From Girardia tigrina (lineage: Eukaryota): DNA of 52,786 bases. Below are positions 48,075 through 52,786 of the stretch, piece by piece. Position 1 is the first letter of the stretch. Each line of letters starts with the position of its first letter. A program made the position numbers and the translations under genes. Where the stretch lies: the NCBI GenBank assembly GCA_001938485.1, contig MQRK01215037.1, positions 28,754-81,539 on the forward strand, written 5' to 3'. The notes beneath the pieces are model-generated. The model searched no databases and had not been told where the DNA came from. It saw nothing but the letters and a program-made list of their open reading frames with translations.

Positions 48075-50335
48075 GTAAAGAATTGATCTTCCTTTATCGG
48101 AGGAAGTTTACCATTTTTACGAAATTTATTAATTTTCATAAATTGGGGCCCTTTGAGAACATTAATCAATTTATTCACATAATCCTACTTATTTAAAAAG
48201 ACTAGACAATTCCCTTTATCAAATTTACATGCATTAATATTTTTCTTAGATAATTTTTATTAAATCAAAATCTTTGTTATTTAAATTAAAATTTCAATCA
48301 AAGATTGAAACAATGTATGGCTATTATTTATCTAATATTTCTTATTTTCATAGTTTTGATTTCGGATATTTTAAGCATGTTTTGAATAAAAATACTTCAG
48401 ATTATGTAAATAAAAATTTTAAGCAAAATAACAAAGATTTTTTGATTTTAAAAATTCTATCTAAGAAAAATATTAATACATGTAAATTTGATAAAGGGAA
48501 TGGTCTAGACGTTTTAAATAAGGAGGATTATGTGAATAAAATGATTGATGTTCTCAAAGGGCCCCAATTTATGAAAATTAATAAATTTCATAAAAATGGT
48601 AAACTTCCTTTGATAAAAGATGATGAATTTTGTACTTCTTTATTATCAAATCTTAATAAAAACAGGGTCATTTTTGTGATAATCTTGATTTGCATCCAAT
48701 TGGTTCTCAACCAGCCAAAATATATGGACTTCTGAAGGTACATAAAAATGGAATACCTTTAAGACCGGTTTTATCGATGATTAGAACGTCTCAATATATG
48801 GTAGCGAAATATATAGATTCAAAATTAAAACCTTTATTATCATCTGGATTTTTGTGTCGTGATAGATTTGAATTTGGTGATTTCATTTCTACATATAAAG
48901 TACAGAATGAAGGTGAATTTATGGTTTCTTTTGACATCTCTAGTTTATTTAAAAATGTTCTTTTGGTTGAAACTTTGAATTTGTGTTGTGATCTATGGAA
49001 AAATAATCATTCAGAACATCATATTGTCGACGAGGTTGGGTTTCGTGAGTTATTAAGTTTTGCAACATCAAATGTTCATTTTCTTTTTAATAATGAGTGG
49101 TATAAGCAAACTGATGGGGTTGCTATGAGTTCACCGTTAGCACCAACGTTAGCTTCTGTTTTTCTTTAAGATTGAAAATAAAATTAAATTGTTTGATGGA
49201 AATCAACCTTTAGTATATAAAACATACTTTGATGATATATTTCTAGTTTTTAAAAATCAGGCTGATGTACTTTCATTTTTAATTTTATGAATTCGTTACA
49301 TTCAAATGTTACTTTTACAAATGAAAATGAAAGGAATGGAGTCTTACCTTTTCTTTATCTTTTGGTTGAAAGAAAATCTCTTAGTTACGAGACTGGAATT
49401 TATAGGAAGCAAACTGATACAGGTTTGTATACTTCACCAGACAGTTTTTGTGAACTTAAGTATAAAAGAAACACGATTAAAGGTTTAATTTATCGCTCCT
49501 GGTTGTTGTATTCAACTTTTGTTAAATTTGTAGAAAGTGTTAATAAATTAAGTTCTTTGTTAAATCAGAATTGTTACTCTAAATCTTTTCTAGAAAAATT
49601 AATAAAGGAAACAGTAGATAAAATATTTTTGAAAGATTTTTCGAAAAATCAGAGTTTGGCTTCTCCTGATGGATCTAAGAAAGAAATCGAAGGATCATTA
49701 GATATTAATAATATGCCTAAATATTGTTTATTTTTACCTTATTCTGAAGGATTTAAAAACTTTAAAATGCATTGTTAAAAACAACTAACAATGAATTAAA
49801 TTTAAAAATTATATCACGATCTCATAAAATTCCAAATATGTACAGTAATAAAGATCTATTACACCTTTAACACTTTGTTCGGATATTGTTTATGAATATA
49901 AATGTAATGGGTGCGATGCCACTTACATTGGAGAGACTGCCCGTCATCTCTGTAAAAGAATGCAAGAACATGGTAGAAAAGAGAGTAAGAGTAATATTGT
50001 AGAACACAGGAAAAAATGTAAATTTGATGTTAATTTTGAAAATTTCAAAATTCTGTGTAAGTATTTTGACAGTTATTTGGAGAGTGTCGTGTGAAGCATT
50101 GTTAATTAGGTCACGTTGCCTTATCATTGTTCAATCGGCAGTCTCAACCAGTTTATTGAGAATTTTTGATTAGCATGATTTCATGCAATCAATTACATAA
50201 TCATCATTTTTGTATTTATATACAGGTGAATTGATTATTAATTAGTGACCTGGAGATGACGGTAGATCCTTCGAAATATATTGTCTATAAATATATTTTT
50301 TTAATGGATGAGTGTTGTTTTTATTGAATAAACAT
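48075..50335 (+). mobile_element. Penelope-like element (RT plus GIY-YIG), decayed, with 3' pseudo-LTR
   Basis: DKGN, KIYGLLKVHKNGIPLRPVLS, MVSFDISSLF, QTDGVAMSSPLAP, YFDD, YRKQTDTGLY and VYEYKCNGCDATYIGETARHLCKRMQEH. 5' boundary approximate. Confidence 0.95.
50247..50285 (+). ncRNA. Minimal hammerhead ribozyme motif in the Penelope pseudo-LTR (core variant CUGGAGA)
   Basis: GAC-CTGGAGA-T-GACGG TAGAT CCTTC-GAAA-TATA-TT-GTC with palindromic stem III. One core substitution probably inactivates it. Confidence 0.65.
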
Positions 50336-50493
50336 TACAATTTTGATGAGATAAAAAGTAAAACTTGGATTAACGGCAAGACCTTTTTACAATAGTTTAA
50401 AATAAATTCCCTTAACCGAAAATATTTTTTTAGATTATTTAAATAATATTTATATTATTCACATTAATATATATGTTTCAATAAAATTCTTAC

Positions 50494-50799
50494 CGTCATA
50501 AGCACTGTCTTTATACATGTGAAATGAATGCCGATGCTGAGGACTTATGATAATAAGACCCATCATAATTCCGGTTCTTTTAGTTCCATACGAGGTATAT
50601 TTGTAACGAAAACTTGGGGAATATCCATGAGATCTTGACCATGAAGAATATCTGGACGATACTCCTATTCTATATGATCCACCTCGATATCCGGAACTAC
50701 TTCGAGAACTTGATCCAACTCGGATACTAACACTAGTACGGGAACCTCCACTTCGACTTCCACCACCACGACTCCCTCGAGAATCAATATTACTAAACC
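50494..50799 (-). CDS. Shisa-like/STMC6 gene, copy A, Gly/Ser/Arg/Tyr-rich exon (signal-peptide exon not found; probably right of the window)
   Basis: TTTACAG acceptor, GTAAG donor, 306 nt open: (G)FSNIDSRGSRGGGSRSGGSRTSVSIRVGSSSRSSSGYRGGSY...KRTGIMMGLIIISPQHRHSFHMYKDSAYD. Confidence 0.9.
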
Positions 50800-51389
50800 C
50801 TGTAAATTTTTTTTCAACATGTTATGATGTATATTAAAAACATGATTGTAAATTTTAGGTATAAAAAATAATTCAAAATTCATACTTCAAGAAAAGTATG
50901 ATAAATTGATCCGTAAGACACTAAAACGTCGAAAAAAACATCGAAAAAAACTTCGAACGTTACATTAAATGCTTAAAAAAATTTTTTCCACAAAATATTC
51001 GAAGAAACTAAGTTAATAACGTGGTTAGAGGGAAAATCCACAAATACTTAATCCAAAAATAATCTAATTAAAAATGATCTTACTGAACTTTATTTTATGT
51101 TTTAATTTATATTTCTAGGTTGTTTGGACAAACCTAAAAAATTTAACCGATATTCGAAACATTAAACTATGAACGAAAAGTTGATTATATTTTGAAAAAA
51201 CAGTTGTATTATATATGCAGATTTATTTTAATTTACTCCAACTTTAACTGGGATTTTTCTCTTAATCAACCTCACAACCCTTCCGTTATAGTTTTGTAGT
51301 AACCGCAAATTAATCAACAGATTTTCCCCGCGAAGTTTCTAATTCTTAAACAATTGAAATTGGGTCATCTTTGTAAAAATTCCTCACAC

Positions 51390-51550
51390 CATTAATAAAT
51401 TTCATCATTAACAATTCTCATTTTTTCATCAATAAAATTTATTATCTATAAACTATCATTATTAAACTTCATCATCAATAAAATTCATTAGTAATAAATT
51501 CAATCATTAACAAATTCTATCAACAATAAATTTCATCATTAATAATTTTT
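51390..51550. repeat. Degenerate ~15-bp minisatellite (AATAAATTTCATCAT-like)
   Basis: About ten imperfect tandem units seen by eye. Confidence 0.6.
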
Positions 51551-52186
51551 TTCTTCATCAGTGGAATTTCGTCAGTAATAATATTTCTTTTTGCTCATTA
51601 CATATAAAAATTAAAATTGCTCCAAGGGAAAGTGAGACAAAAAATAATAAGTGAATACGTAAAAAATATATAAAAAGTTGTTTAACTAATTAAAAAAACA
51701 ATAATGGATGAACAAAAATTAAAAAACCATGATGAATGTGATATCTGTAAAAATTAAATAAATGGTGTAAAGATGCGTTTTTGTTCAATTTTCACCGGTG
51801 TGAACCTGATGTCCGTCGGTTATGTCGAAAGAGTATCAGCAGAAGTGTGGCCAACTGACTCGAACCCCAGTGGTGAGCCTGGGTGTGTCAATTCGATGAG
51901 GTAAGACGGTGGCCCACAGTCCTTAATCGAAACGCCAACATTCGCGGGTAACCCCTTCGTGCTGATAAACAATTTTTCTTCCATTTTATGCCACGGTCCA
52001 GTTCATTTAGTCAATTTATCAAACCTTGATCGACTGTGCGTTGTCACCTTCAACGTACTGGTCATGCCGCAATGAGTGGGGGATTCATCACGACCCACGA
52101 TGATCATAACTCAAACCTCAACAACTTTTTTACTAATTATATACCTAAGAGTTCAACTGAATTTTAATTTGTGATTTTATTTCATT

Positions 52187-52345
52187 TATATTTGTAACGA
52201 AAACTTGGGAAATATCCATGAGATCTTAACCATGAAAAATATCTGGACGATACTCCTATTCTTTATGATCCTCGATATCCGGAAATACAAGAACTTGATC
52301 CAATTCGGATACTAACACTAGTACGGAAACCTCCCCTTCGACTTC
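52187..52345 (-). pseudogene. Degenerate partial duplicate of the copy A low-complexity exon
   Basis: Matches ~50596-50760 with small deletions and lacks both splice sites. Confidence 0.85.
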
Positions 52346-52710
52346 AGTTATTTAGCTTTCGGATGATACTAAGCAAAAAAATATATTTTATTTGTAGATA
52401 GATTTATTTGATACTAATGTTTTATTTATGGAGTTTTTCGGTCAATTTAATAATTTATTCGACCAATTTGATAATATATTAATTTTAAAATGTATTAATG
52501 AAATGTTTTTTAAGCAAATTCATAAAATATTCGATCAATTTAATAAGTTTTTAATATCTCATAAAATGGAAAAAATAGGTATAAGATAATTTGAATAGTG
52601 TCAAGAGAAAGAATAATTAACCTTTATAATTTATCTGTAACAACAAAGTCAATTGTGGATATAACAGAGTTACCATTACAAGCAATGTATTTGTAGTGAC
52701 CCAGTCAATT

Positions 52711-52786
52711 ATTATATATAAATTATATATAATAAATTATATATAAAATTATATATAAAATTATATATATATATATATATATATAT
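52711..52786. repeat. AT-rich simple repeat / (TA)n
   Basis: Seen directly. Confidence 0.9.

Noticed and set aside
51390-51550. CRISPR-like array
   Set aside because: Contiguous degenerate units without unique spacers, in a eukaryotic context.

Overview
AT-rich eukaryotic genomic DNA with spliceosomal GT-AG introns as short as 46-49 nt and three assembly gaps. It is most likely an invertebrate; a planarian-like flatworm is my low-confidence guess. The host content is two tandem minus-strand paralogues of a Shisa-like/STMC6 single-pass membrane gene: signal peptide, Gly/Ser/Arg/Tyr low-complexity region, C-C-CC-CC domain, TM helix, Cys cluster and Pro-rich PPxY tail. The ORF track shows most of these exons in the wrong frame or not at all. 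Introns and intergenic DNA are filled with mostly decayed transposons: Tc1/mariner, pogo, piggyBac, hAT, MULE, several Gypsy LTR elements, a BEL/Pao element, Penelope-like elements with hammerhead motifs, and an RTE-like LINE. Two orphan 5' gene fragments (BTBD19-like, BC-box/ZER1-like) are also present. Main observation: two unrelated LTR retrotransposons, a CsRn1-like Gypsy (18929-24598) and a BEL/Pao (46779-48070), each encode a ubiquitin or ubiquitin-like domain between the primer-binding site and Gag (leader-Ub-Gag). This suggests independent capture of ubiquitin as a Gag processing or regulatory cassette. All alignments were made by eye; no database searches were run.
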